Assembly: GCF_000372725.1 (NCBI RefSeq)
Contig: NW_005201732.1
Location: forward strand, 186,001-250,000
DNA length: 64,000 nt
Reading direction: 5' to 3'
From: Emiliania huxleyi CCMP1516
Lineage: Eukaryota
The notes under the pieces were generated by a model that did no database searches, was not told the DNA's origin, and saw only the letters and a program-made list of their open reading frames with translations. The translations under genes were made by a program, and so were the position numbers. Of the stretch, positions 35,443 through 45,800 are shown in pieces (position 1 is the stretch's first letter; each line of letters begins with the position of its first letter).

Positions 35443-35582
35443 GAAAGAAAGAAAGAAACAAAAAGCCAAGCGAGGAAAATCGAGGACGGCACGCCGCCAC
35501 CACAGGGACTTTAAGGAGAGGAGTGTGGTGCTAGCCGTCGCCCACCCTTGGGCGTCTGCCTCTTCCTCTCTCTTCGCAGTTT
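35443..35582 (-). mobile_element. Diverged 5'-truncated family A retroposon copy
   Basis: GGCACGCCGCCACCACAGGGACTTTAAGGAGAGGAGTGTG core and (GAAA)n tail, with GGCCGAA on both sides. Confidence 0.75.
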
Positions 35583-35790
35583 GGCCGAACGGGGAATTCA
35601 CGCTGCGCGGATGTTTATCTTGCCCGCTCCGGTGGTGAGCCTGTGTGTGTGCCAGTCCGCGCCAGTCTGCGCCCTTGTCGTGCCAGTGTGCTGTGAGAGA
35701 GGCTTGTATCTTAAGAAATCTTGCCCGCTGGAGCAGCCCGCCCGCTCGGCTTGCTTGTGAGCAAGAGCCACCGCTCACTGGGTCTGCCCG

Positions 35791-36600
35791 ATGCTCTCGG
35801 TCGAGAAGAACGTCTACATGGCCCGGCTGGCCGAGCAGGCGGAGCGGTACGAGGAGATGTGCGCCCACATGAAGGAGGTCGCGCTCGAGATGGAGCCGCT
35901 CGGGATCGACGAGCGCAACCTGCTCGCGGTCGCGTTCAAGAACGTGACGGGCGCGCGGCGGTCGGCGCTGCGCACGATCGTGGGCATCGAGCAGCGCGAG
36001 CGCGAGCTGCTGCACGCCGGCGACCGCGGCGCGGCGCGGCGGCTGCGGCACGCCGAGGCGTACCGCCGGCGGGTCGAGGCGGAGCTCGATGAGGTGAGCG
36101 GCGTCGTGCTCGGGCTGATCGACTCGCGGCTCGTGCCCTCGAACCCGGGGCTGCGCACGCAGCAGGAGCAGGAGGACGCGGAGGCGCAGGTCTTCTACCA
36201 GAAGATGCGCGCCGACTACCACCGCTACAAGGCCGAGGCGGGCTCGGCTGAGGAGCATGCGGCGCTGGCCGAGGCGAGCTACCGCGCGGCGTCCAAGGTG
36301 GCGCAGACCGGGCTGGCGCCGACCCACCCGGTCCGCCTCGGGCTCGCGCTCAACTACGCCGTCTTCCTGTACGAGGTGCCGCAGCACTCAACCGAGGCAT
36401 GCGAGCGCGCAAAGCAGGCCATCGACGACGCGATCGCCGAGCTCGACTGTGCGGCGAGCCTCGACGCGGCGTCGTACCGCGACTCGACGCTCATCATGCA
36501 GCGGCTGCGGGACAACCTCGTCCTGTGGGGCCGCGAGGGCGGCGCCGGCGCGCGCGCGGAGGGTGCCACTTTGCACTTAGCGCGGGGTCCGCTCACGTAA
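35791..36600 (+). CDS. 14-3-3 protein (divergent, intronless)
   Basis: ARLAEQAERYEEM, ERNLLAVAFKNVTGARR, KMRADYHRY, PTHPVRLGLALNYAVFLYE and SYRDSTLIMQRLRDNLVLW. Confidence 0.95.
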   Translation: MLSVEKNVYMARLAEQAERYEEMCAHMKEVALEMEPLGIDERNLLAVAFKNVTGARRSALRTIVGIEQRERELLHAGDRGAARRLRHAEAYRRRVEAELDEVSGVVLGLIDSRLVPSNPGLRTQQEQEDAEAQVFYQKMRADYHRYKAEAGSAEEHAALAEASYRAASKVAQTGLAPTHPVRLGLALNYAVFLYEVPQHSTEACERAKQAIDDAIAELDCAASLDAASYRDSTLIMQRLRDNLVLWGREGGAGARAEGATLHLARGPLT

Positions 36601-37365
36601 AAGTATCGAGTACATACACACGAACACTACAGACTGTACCGGGAGGTCGCGGCCCGCGCGAGTGCCCTATTGCCTATGTTTCGTAAAAGTCGAAGTGCTC
36701 CAAAAGAGAAGAAGACGCTTCTGAACAATGGGGGAAGGGCAAGACGTAGACGAAGCCGACCGGCAAGAGATGTCTCCAACGCAAGATGACTAGTCAGATG
36801 TATGCCGGCACTCTTGTCTCGCTCTCTCTTGTGCCCACTGCCCACTGCCACACACGCGCCGTTTTCTCCAATACTGCCGTTATTAGGCACAAACCCGCCT
36901 CTGAAGACACATCTGTAAGTCTGGTGCACTGGCAGGGGAGCCATACACTCGCATAGGGGGCGCGTGCTAGCTGACTGTAGCCAGCTTCCCGGCCTCCGGC
37001 GTCTACCGGGAGCCTCCCGGACCATCGACCTCGGGAGCTCTCCCGCACCGTTTAAGCGTTTAAGACCGTTTAAGGAATCGGCGGCCCAGCAGCTCTTAAA
37101 ACCTGCCATGGCAGGTTTTAAGCCGTTTAAGCCGCAGGCGCCCCAGAGGGCCCACCCTCTTTTAAGCCTAGGCGTAGGGGTACCCTAAGAGGCCCCAGTG
37201 GGCGTCCGAGGGGGGGGTCCTGAAGGGCTACATAACGTACAAGTTTGTTAGAGCCGTACCGCACTTTAGCTCAATCACATTTTAAAGGTTCCACATTTTA
37301 AAGTCCAGTGTGCATATTAACGACAAGTGAGCGCGGGACTAGCAACTCTTTGAATGAAGACTCTA

Positions 37366-38856
37366 CTACAAACTGCCGCTCTCCTCTCGCGCGAGCAGCT
37401 CGCGAAGCCGGAGAAGCACCATGCGTAGCCTGTCTGTGGTGCTCTCCGTGTCGAGTAAAGGCTGTAGGTCCAGCCCTGGTTCCTTGAGCACAATCCAAAT
37501 CGAGTAGCTCAGCCGCTGCGCACGCCGACGCAACGGGTAGTGGCGATGCGCTGGGATGAACGGCGCGGGGTCATTCTGGTAGCTGAGCGTGGTCTGCGAG
37601 CGGCGCCTGGTGGCGGCCTTGCGCAAGTCAGCGGCAACGGTATCGAGAATAAAGTCGTCTGGCCAGCCGCTCTCGGGAGGCGGAGGCAGCAAACCGAGCA
37701 GCTGCTTTGGCGCGGGTGCTCCGGTGCCGCCGATCAGCGTGGCCCGGTTGGCAGCAAAGCGCCGGAGGAAGCCGTCCAGCTCGAGCCACACCTGGAGTTC
37801 CAGGTCTTGCAGCGCGCGCTCGCTCTCGGCCTCGGCCTGCATTGCGTCATCCGATACTTCGAGCATAGCTTCGCACGCCTCAAACGCACGCCGCACCGCC
37901 GCAGAGCGGGCATGACTCATCGTGAACGCCGCGCCGCCGCCCAACTCTGCGTGCGATGAGCTTGGAACTCCCTCCTGCATGCCATCTAAGGCGGCGGCCG
38001 CCTCAAGAGCTGCCGAGAGCGCGAGCGGCGCGCCGCGGACTGCCAGCTCCGCGGCGGATGTATCGAAAGGACAGAAGGCGGGATACATTCCCGACGAGAT
38101 TGCCAGCTGGATCGGATACGTCGTTTCGTGCTCGTACGCTCGCCAGCTCCGCTCCTCTGCGAGAGCCAACGCCATCTGCAACCGCTTTCGTGCAGACAGT
38201 CCTAGCAAGTCGAGGGCGGCTTCGCCCAGAAATTGGCTCCTGTTCCAGTCTATGCGTCTGGCCTCACACGAGAGCAGCGTCTCTGCATCTGGCAGCCACT
38301 GCACGTCCGCCCGCGCATACGGGACCGACTGGGTCTCTCGCAGCACGGCAGCGCGTCCGATACCCTGAGCGAGTAGCTCGAGCCTTCCGTCCTTGCACCG
38401 TTCGACGTCCACTACGTGCATGAGTGTTCCGATCAACGAAGCCTTGGGCCCATGGGCGCCGCCGTACTCCTGCGGCAGCGCATACTCCTCGTTGCCGAGA
38501 TTCTCGATGCTCGGCTCCGGAAGCTGAGCGTGCAGATACAGCCATGGCGGCTCTGTTGAGAGCAGCGTCTCAAACATGAGGGTGTACTGTGGACGGTGGA
38601 CGTTCAACATCGTCTGCTGATGAGGTAAGAAGATCATCGACCATCGTGCGATCGGGAGATCAGGAATCAGCCCAGGCTGGGCCGCCACTTCATCATCGCT
38701 CGCCGGCGTTCCCACATAGAACAGACGCCGGATCGCGTCCACACGTTGCGGATCGAGCTGCAGCGTGACTGGTCGGCTTCGCTGGCGGCAGCATGAGGAG
38801 GGTATACGAAGCGAGAGCGCACCTGTGAGTGCTGTGAGTGCGAATGAGACGAGCAT
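37366..38856 (-). CDS. Lon protease N-terminal (substrate-binding/PUA-like) domain protein, probably plastid-targeted
   Basis: Signal peptide, then LP....IFLPHQQTMLNVHRPQYTLMFE, IGTLMHVVDVER..DGRL, and C-terminal QPLLDTESTTDRL. Confidence 0.65.
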   Translation of the reverse strand: MLVSFALTALTGALSLRIPSSCCRQRSRPVTLQLDPQRVDAIRRLFYVGTPASDDEVAAQPGLIPDLPIARWSMIFLPHQQTMLNVHRPQYTLMFETLLSTEPPWLYLHAQLPEPSIENLGNEEYALPQEYGGAHGPKASLIGTLMHVVDVERCKDGRLELLAQGIGRAAVLRETQSVPYARADVQWLPDAETLLSCEARRIDWNRSQFLGEAALDLLGLSARKRLQMALALAEERSWRAYEHETTYPIQLAISSGMYPAFCPFDTSAAELAVRGAPLALSAALEAAAALDGMQEGVPSSSHAELGGGAAFTMSHARSAAVRRAFEACEAMLEVSDDAMQAEAESERALQDLELQVWLELDGFLRRFAANRATLIGGTGAPAPKQLLGLLPPPPESGWPDDFILDTVAADLRKAATRRRSQTTLSYQNDPAPFIPAHRHYPLRRRAQRLSYSIWIVLKEPGLDLQPLLDTESTTDRLRMVLLRLRELLAREESGSL

Positions 38857-39365
38857 GCCAACGTGAGTGCTGTTGAACTTTATGCCGCATGTCCATGTGG
38901 GACTTGCAGAATCCCCAGCCAGGCCCCCCCTCGCACCTCAACCTTCCCCAGCGCACAGCGCGAGAGGACGTATTTTCTTCTAAATAACAAGGCTGTGAAT
39001 GGCGACGCGCGAAAACATCAACAACGCTGCTCGCAACATGCGTGTCGCGCACTCATTCATGACCGGTCTCAATGAATGTCCCACCCTAGGTCCCACCCGC
39101 CACCCCCCTGCGCGAGGGCCTTCTAGGCCCGCGGGTATAGTCTCACGCTTTGCCATCCGCCGGCCGGGTGGGGCTTGCACGCGCCCCAGCGGTCGCCCCG
39201 GATCGGAGGAGTCCGCCGGCGACACCGCGTGTCTTTTTCTTTACATGTTAAAAATGGTTCGACCCAAGGAAGAAGCCACGCACGGGACGTAAAAGCGATC
39301 TCCGGCAAGGGCGGGCAGTCCGCCGCTAAAGTTTGGGGGCGCGCTCTGCTTTGCAACTGACCACG

Positions 39366-39950
39366 ATGGACATTTTCGCGGAGAATCCGGCTGACATGTT
39401 TCCGGAGAACGACCATGCCGAGAGCGGCGACGACGTCCTCGCATCCATGTTCCCCGAAATCGAGAGGGACGTGCTCCGGCAGCTGCTCGACTTCCACGAG
39501 GGCTCGGTCGAGCGGACTGTTGACGCGCTCCTAGGGGAGGGGGCGGACGCCGAGTGCTCCCAAGATGCCGAGATCGCACGCCGAATGTCGGAGGAGTTTG
39601 ACGCCGAGGCCATCGCCGAGGCGCAAGCCCAGGTCTCTGCTGAGCTCCGGGCAGCAGAGGCGGTCCGGCGGCCGCTTGGCAACCGCACAGCGGCAGCAGC
39701 CAAGCAGCTTCTGGAGCGTCTCCGAGCCGGGGGGCTTAGCCAGCAGCGCGGCGAAAGGCTGAGCGCCGCCCTCCTCAGCACTCACGAGTCGCAGGGCATG
39801 GCGCCCCTCCCGATGTCGGACGACCTGCCGGCTGACTCTCTCACCGGCCCATATGACCCGACCGATCCGGCCGACCTGTACAGCGCGCGCCTGTCGCGTG
39901 CGCGCGAGTCAAACCGCTCCTCGCGCGAGGAGCGAGCCCTGGCCCTCTGA
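39366..39950 (+). CDS. CUE-domain ubiquitin-binding protein
   Basis: LASMFPEIERDVLRQLLDFHEGSVERTVDALL, followed by UIM-like QDAEIARRM. Confidence 0.75.
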   Translation: MDIFAENPADMFPENDHAESGDDVLASMFPEIERDVLRQLLDFHEGSVERTVDALLGEGADAECSQDAEIARRMSEEFDAEAIAEAQAQVSAELRAAEAVRRPLGNRTAAAAKQLLERLRAGGLSQQRGERLSAALLSTHESQGMAPLPMSDDLPADSLTGPYDPTDPADLYSARLSRARESNRSSREERALAL

Positions 39951-40416
39951 TCAGGGCTCGCCGGCGCGCAGGGCTCTGGTCACCGGTCAATGCTCGGTCG
40001 GCTTTTCCCGCCACCGCTGCTTACGGTTGGCGTGGCGACAAAAAGAAAGGGAGCTCCGTGCGAGCTGTGTGGACGAGTCATAGGACTAGGGACGAAGTCT
40101 CGCGAAGTGCCTTTGCAACGCAGTGCCTCGTTTCCATACCCAGGACACGAGATGACAGCGGTCTGTGTGCTGTGTGCTGTGTCCTCATCAGCAGTCAACA
40201 GTCGTCGCTCACCACGTCTGTCACACTTCTGTGCATTTACATTTTCGGACTTTGAACCGCCGTAAAAGCATTGAGCTTGACCGCCGCCGCGCAACGGAGA
40301 GCGGCAGCGTGCGGAGACTACCGGTACCGCCAAAACCCAAAATGTGAGACTGAAAAGACGGGATGGACGCCCTTTCTTTTTCCTAGGTAAAAGGCAACTC
40401 ACGCCAAAGATTTTTG

Positions 40417-40860
40417 AAAGAAAGAAAAGAAAGAAAACAGACAACCCAAGGGAGGGATGGGAGGACGGCACGCCGCCACCACACAGGGATTTTAAGGAGA
40501 GGTGTGTGGTGCGCTAGCCGTCGCCCACCCTAGGGAGTCTGCCTCTTCCTATCTCTCTTCGCAGTCTCTCGCCGATTCTCGCTGCAATCTTCATGCCACC
40601 TCGCGGTCGTCCCACCCTCGTCGTTCTCTCCCTTGTCACTTCCTCCTCTGTCGCGTTGTTCTCTTCTGCCTCGTCCTGCGACGCAGCCGCCTGCCGGTCC
40701 CTTGTTCTCGCGGCTTCTTTCGCCTTTCGGCGCAACTCCGTCCTCCTCGCGGCGTATCCTGGCCCTCGAGTCTATCGAGCTCCCCTCGCGCAAGGACCAC
40801 ATTTCTGACTCCCACTCCGATCATTTGCCTACAGGTCATGTTGTTGCTCAGGTCCACTCT
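40417..40860 (-). mobile_element. 5'-truncated family A retroposon copy (444 bp)
   Basis: 13-bp TSD CCAAAGATTTTTG at 40404-40416 and 40861-40873. Highly similar to 16646-17090. Confidence 0.88.
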
Positions 40861-40928
40861 CCAAAGATTTTTGTGCAGGGTCGAAGAAATCACATGCGTC
40901 TCTCTCGATAGTCCTGATGCGGGCGCCG

Positions 40929-41818
40929 ATGGCGAAGGCTGAGGCGAGCATGACACAGCCTAGCCTCGTCGGTGTTGGTGCTGGCACCGCAAAATTCTCG
41001 GCCGCCGAATGGCATCGTCGCCGACGTTCCCAGATCCTCGCCGCGCACCCGGAGGTGCGTGAGCTGGCTTCCGAGAGGGACGAGTGGGTCTCTGCGCTGG
41101 GCCTCCTGCTGCTGCCTTGGTACGGGTCGGTGCTCCTCCACTCGCCCGACATGCCGCCGCTCGAGCTTTGCCTGAACGCCTTTGGTGTGGGCAGCCTCCG
41201 AGCGAATTGGGCAATCTATTGCGGACATGCCATCTCGCACGGGCGCTGGCGCCGGCTCGCCGGCCCGTTTGGCACCGCGCGCTTCAACGCGCTGCTCGCA
41301 GGCGTCAACGTCGGGCACGTCTTCCAGGTCGTCCCGAGCTACTGGCTGCTGCACCACTCTCACCACACGCGGCTCGGCTCGCTGCCGCTCCTCGAGGCGC
41401 GCGAGCGGGCGAGGCGCGGCCGTCAGACGGACGGCGACCTGGGCATCGCCACGAGGCTCTTCTCGCCTCCGGCGCGCAAGTACAGACTCGTCCTCGACCG
41501 CAGCGGAGCCGAGCTACCACGGCAGGGCGAGGGCGAGCACCAGCTCCTCAACCTGCTCGTGCACGCCGCCGCACCGCTCGCCTTTGCGGGCTACGTGGCG
41601 GCGGCGCTGCGCGCGGACGACGGCGAGGGCGCCAGCGCGGCGCTGCGGCGCAGCCTCGCCCTGCAGGCGGGTGCGCAGCTCGCCTGCTACATCTGCGTCG
41701 CCGCCTACTGCTCCCTGGCGCACTCGGCCGCGCCGCTCGCCTTCTACCTCGGCTCGTCCGCTGTGTGGCTCTCGCCGCTCAACCCGAACTGGGTGTGGAC
41801 GTGCCCGCATGTGTGCAG

Positions 41819-41856
<38 letters not shown>

Positions 41857-42317
41857 AGCAGCAGCAGCAGCAGCAGCAGCAGCCGCAGCCGCAGCCGCAG
41901 CAGCAGCAGCAGCAGCAGCAGCGCGGCGAGGGCGGTGGAGGTGGCGGGGGCGGCGAGGGCGGCGGGGGCGAGCATCGGCAGGCTGCGGAGGCCATGGAGG
42001 CGCCGCCGCTCCCGCTCCCGCAGCCGACCGTCTCCTTCTACACGCCGCGGAACGCTGCGGGCGCAGCGCTGGACGCGTACCTCGGCTTCGAGAATTACCA
42101 TGTCGAGCACCACGACTTTCCCGAGATGCCGATGTACCTCCTGCCGAGGCTGCGCCAGATCGCGCCAGAGGCGTACGACTCGCTGCGGGCCATGCCCATC
42201 CTCGAGCCGGCCACGTGGGCCGAGCTGCTGACGGGAGACTTCTTCTACGCCTGCCAGGACAGGACTCTGCTGGGGCGCGAGAGGCGAGCAGGCGAAGGCA
42301 GCGATGAACGCTCTTGA
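40929..42317 (+). CDS. Sphingolipid delta-4 desaturase (DEGS/DES1)-like membrane desaturase
   Basis: N-terminal HRRRRSQILAAHPEV motif, His boxes HAISH, HHSHH and YHVEHHDFP, and a polyP/polyQ/polyG insert. Confidence 0.8.
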
Positions 42318-42547
42318 GAGAGCGCTAACCGCCAATCGCTCCAGGTTACCTCGCGGCGTGGGTCGAAATCCAGGGGAAATTACATGTGGAAACGGGAAGG
42401 TGGAAGAGGCTTCCAGTGGCACTGCGGCGGCAGTGGAACAACGCGAAATATGTATATGAGCCCCCGCGCCCCGGGATCTCGTCTGGTTCTTAAAATCCGC
42501 CTCTCGTTTTTTCTGCCGCGTGCACCCGCATTTTTGTTCCCATAATG

Positions 42548-44169
42548 TCATAAGCCGCCGCTCGCAGCGCGCCGCTTGACGGCTTCGTACACGCAAAAGA
42601 AGAGGAGGCCGGAGGGCGCGTACTGCGCCGCCCGCAAGCCGGCGCCGCGCATGAGAGCCGTCGGCCCTCCCTCCTCCGCCGCCACCCTGCTGATCGCGTC
42701 GACCACGCCAGAGAGGTTCGCCGCAGCGCCCGAGGCGGTGAAGATGCGCTGCGTCTGCAGCCGCGTGTTGACGAGGTCGAGCGGCGTCGTGAGCAGCGCG
42801 GTGAGCGCGCCGGCCGCGGCGCCTGCTCGCGGGAGGCGGGGTGTGAACAGACGCTGTTCACGCCCGCGCCGGGAGCGGCTCTGGAGCCGCGCGCCCGAGA
42901 GCGCCTCTGTCGCTGGCAGTCTAGCCGGGCGCAGCGCGGAGGCGGCGAGCGCGTAGAGGCCGAAGTGGAGCGCGTTGTACGGCACGTTGCGAGCGAGCGT
43001 GGAGCCGAAGCCGCGGTACAGGCCGGCGACGCCCTCGAGCCTACCGCACCGGCAGCGTCCCTGAACCTTCTCGGAACCTTCGCGGCGCAAGCACCTCCTA
43101 TCGTGCTCCTCTCGGCGTATCTCGGCGCCTCAGCGTCGACGCGAGGGCGAGGCGAGGCGTGGTGTAGCCTCGCACCTGCAGCAGCGCGGGTCAGTGCGGA
43201 GGGGCCAGCAGCTGGGCGCGGTGCTATCACCGCGTGTGGAGGGGCCTGCAGCTGGACGCGGTGCTTGAGGCCCTCGAAGGGCACGCCGACCTGCGGCACG
43301 GGGGTGCGAGGTGTTGAGTCTCCTCCTCCTCGTCACCACCCATGCCCTAACTCGTGTTCATCCCCGCCCTGCAGTGGTGGTACCCCGGGGGGGGGCGAGA
43401 GGTGTGAGCACGCTCGCTGCTCGGTGCAGTGTGCTCTCACGGGAGCACGACGGACCAGCGCGTCAGTACGAGGGAAGACAGCCCACGTGCTGCCTCGAGC
43501 GCTAGGGTGGACACTACAGGAACATCCGCATCTACGCCCGCCGGCCGCCGCCGCCGCCACCGCGCCGCACGTGCCAGCACACACCTGGGCGGTCGAGGCG
43601 GCGGGGTGTGACGTACGAGTTAGAAGCACGCAGCGGGGTGCCTCCCGACTCTGCTGGTGTGGAGGTGCAGTGTCTCCTTTGTGGCCGGTGGGAGGAAGGC
43701 GTTCGGGTGGCACGGCTCAGAACCCCAGCGCAGCACTCCCCAGGACGAGGCGAGGAGCCTCGGTCGGAGAGAAGATTAGCATTGTGCGCGGCTCATCACT
43801 GCCGTGCGCACCGGCGAAGAGCGAGCCGCCAGACAGGCAGAGGGGGTGGGCGGGAGGCGGGTGAGATCTTTCTGGGCGCGCCTTGACCAGCGCCGCAGAG
43901 ATAGCGAACCGCGCGAGAGCAGCCTCGCACAGGTAGAAGGCGGTGTGAAAGAGCAACGCGTACGGCAGCATACCAAGGGTTGCCAGCACACTCCCAGCGT
44001 AGACGTCGCGGATCGCCGCCGGCCTCGCTCCCTCAAGCGTCTCGCGAGGCACAAGGAGCGGCCGCCCCACCTCTCGGCGTGTGACGAGTGTGTCCAGAGG
44101 GTAGAACGCCAGCGTCTTTGCTGCGCCGGCCGTCATGCCGGCGGTGATCTCCGTCGCGAGAGGGTGCAT
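42548..44169 (-). CDS. Mitochondrial carrier family protein (SAM-carrier-like), multi-exon
   Basis: Carrier signatures YPLDTLVTR, VPFEGLKHRVQ and TPLDLVNTRLQ, plus GLYRGFGSTLARNVPY. Confidence 0.8.
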
Positions 44170-44253
44170 TCTTGGTGGACGTCTTGCTACTCGGAGAAGC
44201 GGAGCGGGGTGGCGGGAGTGGCAGAGCTGGAGCTCCCAATAACGCACGGGCCC

Positions 44254-44458
44254 TCAGCAGAGCTGGGAAGAGGACCGCCGCAAGCGTGGCGTGGAGCGGT
44301 TGTGCATCCCTCCGGGGGCCCCTCTGCGCCGGGGAGGCGTTGTTGGAGGCTAGGACGCAAGCGTCCGTCGCCCTTTTTCAAACTCGGGGCCCACTCCGCT
44401 ACGCTCCGACCCGAATTTGGAGGGCCTGAAAGTTTAAGGTGTTGCTGCGCAAAAGGGG
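44254..44458. repeat. Dispersed ~200-bp repeat (family B), copy 2, uninterrupted
   Basis: Matches 29754-30042 without the retroposon insert. Confidence 0.85.
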
Positions 44459-45800
44459 TCGGACACAGGGCGCAGCTCATGCTAAGAGCTAGAAGGGGAG
44501 ATGGAGAGAACAACCACCCTGTCCCGTTATTGCGTACACCAACACCACAAAGCTCTCTCTCTCCTGCTCCTCACACTCAGGGGGCGGTCACGACTACCGA
44601 GTCCCTAGAGTCTAGCTGCCACGTTCAAAACCAGGACGGCGACAGTGATGGTGCTATCACGGGCATGATCAGGGGAAAGTGGAGCGGGGGGGGGCGAGCG
44701 TCAGCCAGCCAGGTGATAGTAGAGCAGGCGCTTTGTGGGTGGCGGTGGGCGGCGGCGCTGGGTGGCCGGCCGAATCGTTAGCTGAGCTCCTCCCTCAAGC
44801 TCGATCACGCATGACGCACGTAACCTGACAACGTCGGCGAGCTTCTGGATCAGGTTAGGTTGCTGGAGCACCTCCAACTCCTCCTCTGAGTCAGACACGC
44901 CAACGTCGACGACTGCGCCCTCCTCCTCCTCCTCCGATTCGCCGACTGCACCCTTCTCCTCCATGGGCTCGATCCGATTCCGCAGCGTGTCGTCCTCAGC
45001 GGCGGTGCTGCGCGGGAGGCGGCCGCGGGCACGCTGGGCTCGATCAGCTTTCCCTAGCACGGATTTGGCGGACGTCGCGGCTTCAATTTTACGATGTCTT
45101 GAAACCAGCTGAAGGCTTGCACGGCCCAGATCACGCAGTTCGTGCACGGTATTCGGATTTTGCTATTTGTTCGTGTGGGGGTATATTGCAGATTTGTCAA
45201 TGGTACCGCGTCTGCGACGCGGGCGCCTTGCGGGCAGAGCCCTTAGCCACCCTTTATCGTACAATGGAGAAGTTTACTTCGTAAGGTACCCACTCCCAAC
45301 ATTATTCCGCGACCCCCAACCTAGCTGCCCGGGCCTCCCACCTCACAAAGATTTGGCAAGAGCCACAAAGATTTGGCCGTCCACAAATGAGTGGCCAGGC
45401 CTCGTCCTCGACCGCAGCCGCGCCCGGCGCTCCACATCCACGGCCGCAAGGCAGGGCGCCGAAGGAGCACACGTGGGATGGAAGCTACGGGGAGAGCGGT
45501 GCCTGGCTGCACAACGTCACCGGGCTGCCCTGGGCCAAGGGCGGGCGATCAGCAGCCTCGATGGCTCAGCAGCGCGAGCGCAAGCGCGAGGACAAGCGCG
45601 ACAGGAGCGGCATACCGTGTTTGTTATGACCCCCCCCCAATGAACATACCAGTGAGGGAGGGCGAGACGATCGAGGGGTCCCGTACCACGCGGAATCGGC
45701 CCTATCCAGTGCTCAAGTGCTCAAGACGTGCGTAAAAACTCGGGCCGAGCAAGCATTTCGGCGGCGGTGAACGGACGTCGGTGGCCGGTCCTCCCCCAGC

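Noticed and set aside
36975..37235. TTTAAG-rich palindromic stretch (TTAAAACCTGCCATGGCAGGTTTAA) as a MITE
   Set aside because: Only a 7-bp candidate TIR and no TSD were found, so the boundaries are unsupported.
44500..45720. Possible transposon remnant or gene (ORF 44701-45147)
   Set aside because: No recognisable motifs, termini or second copy in the window.
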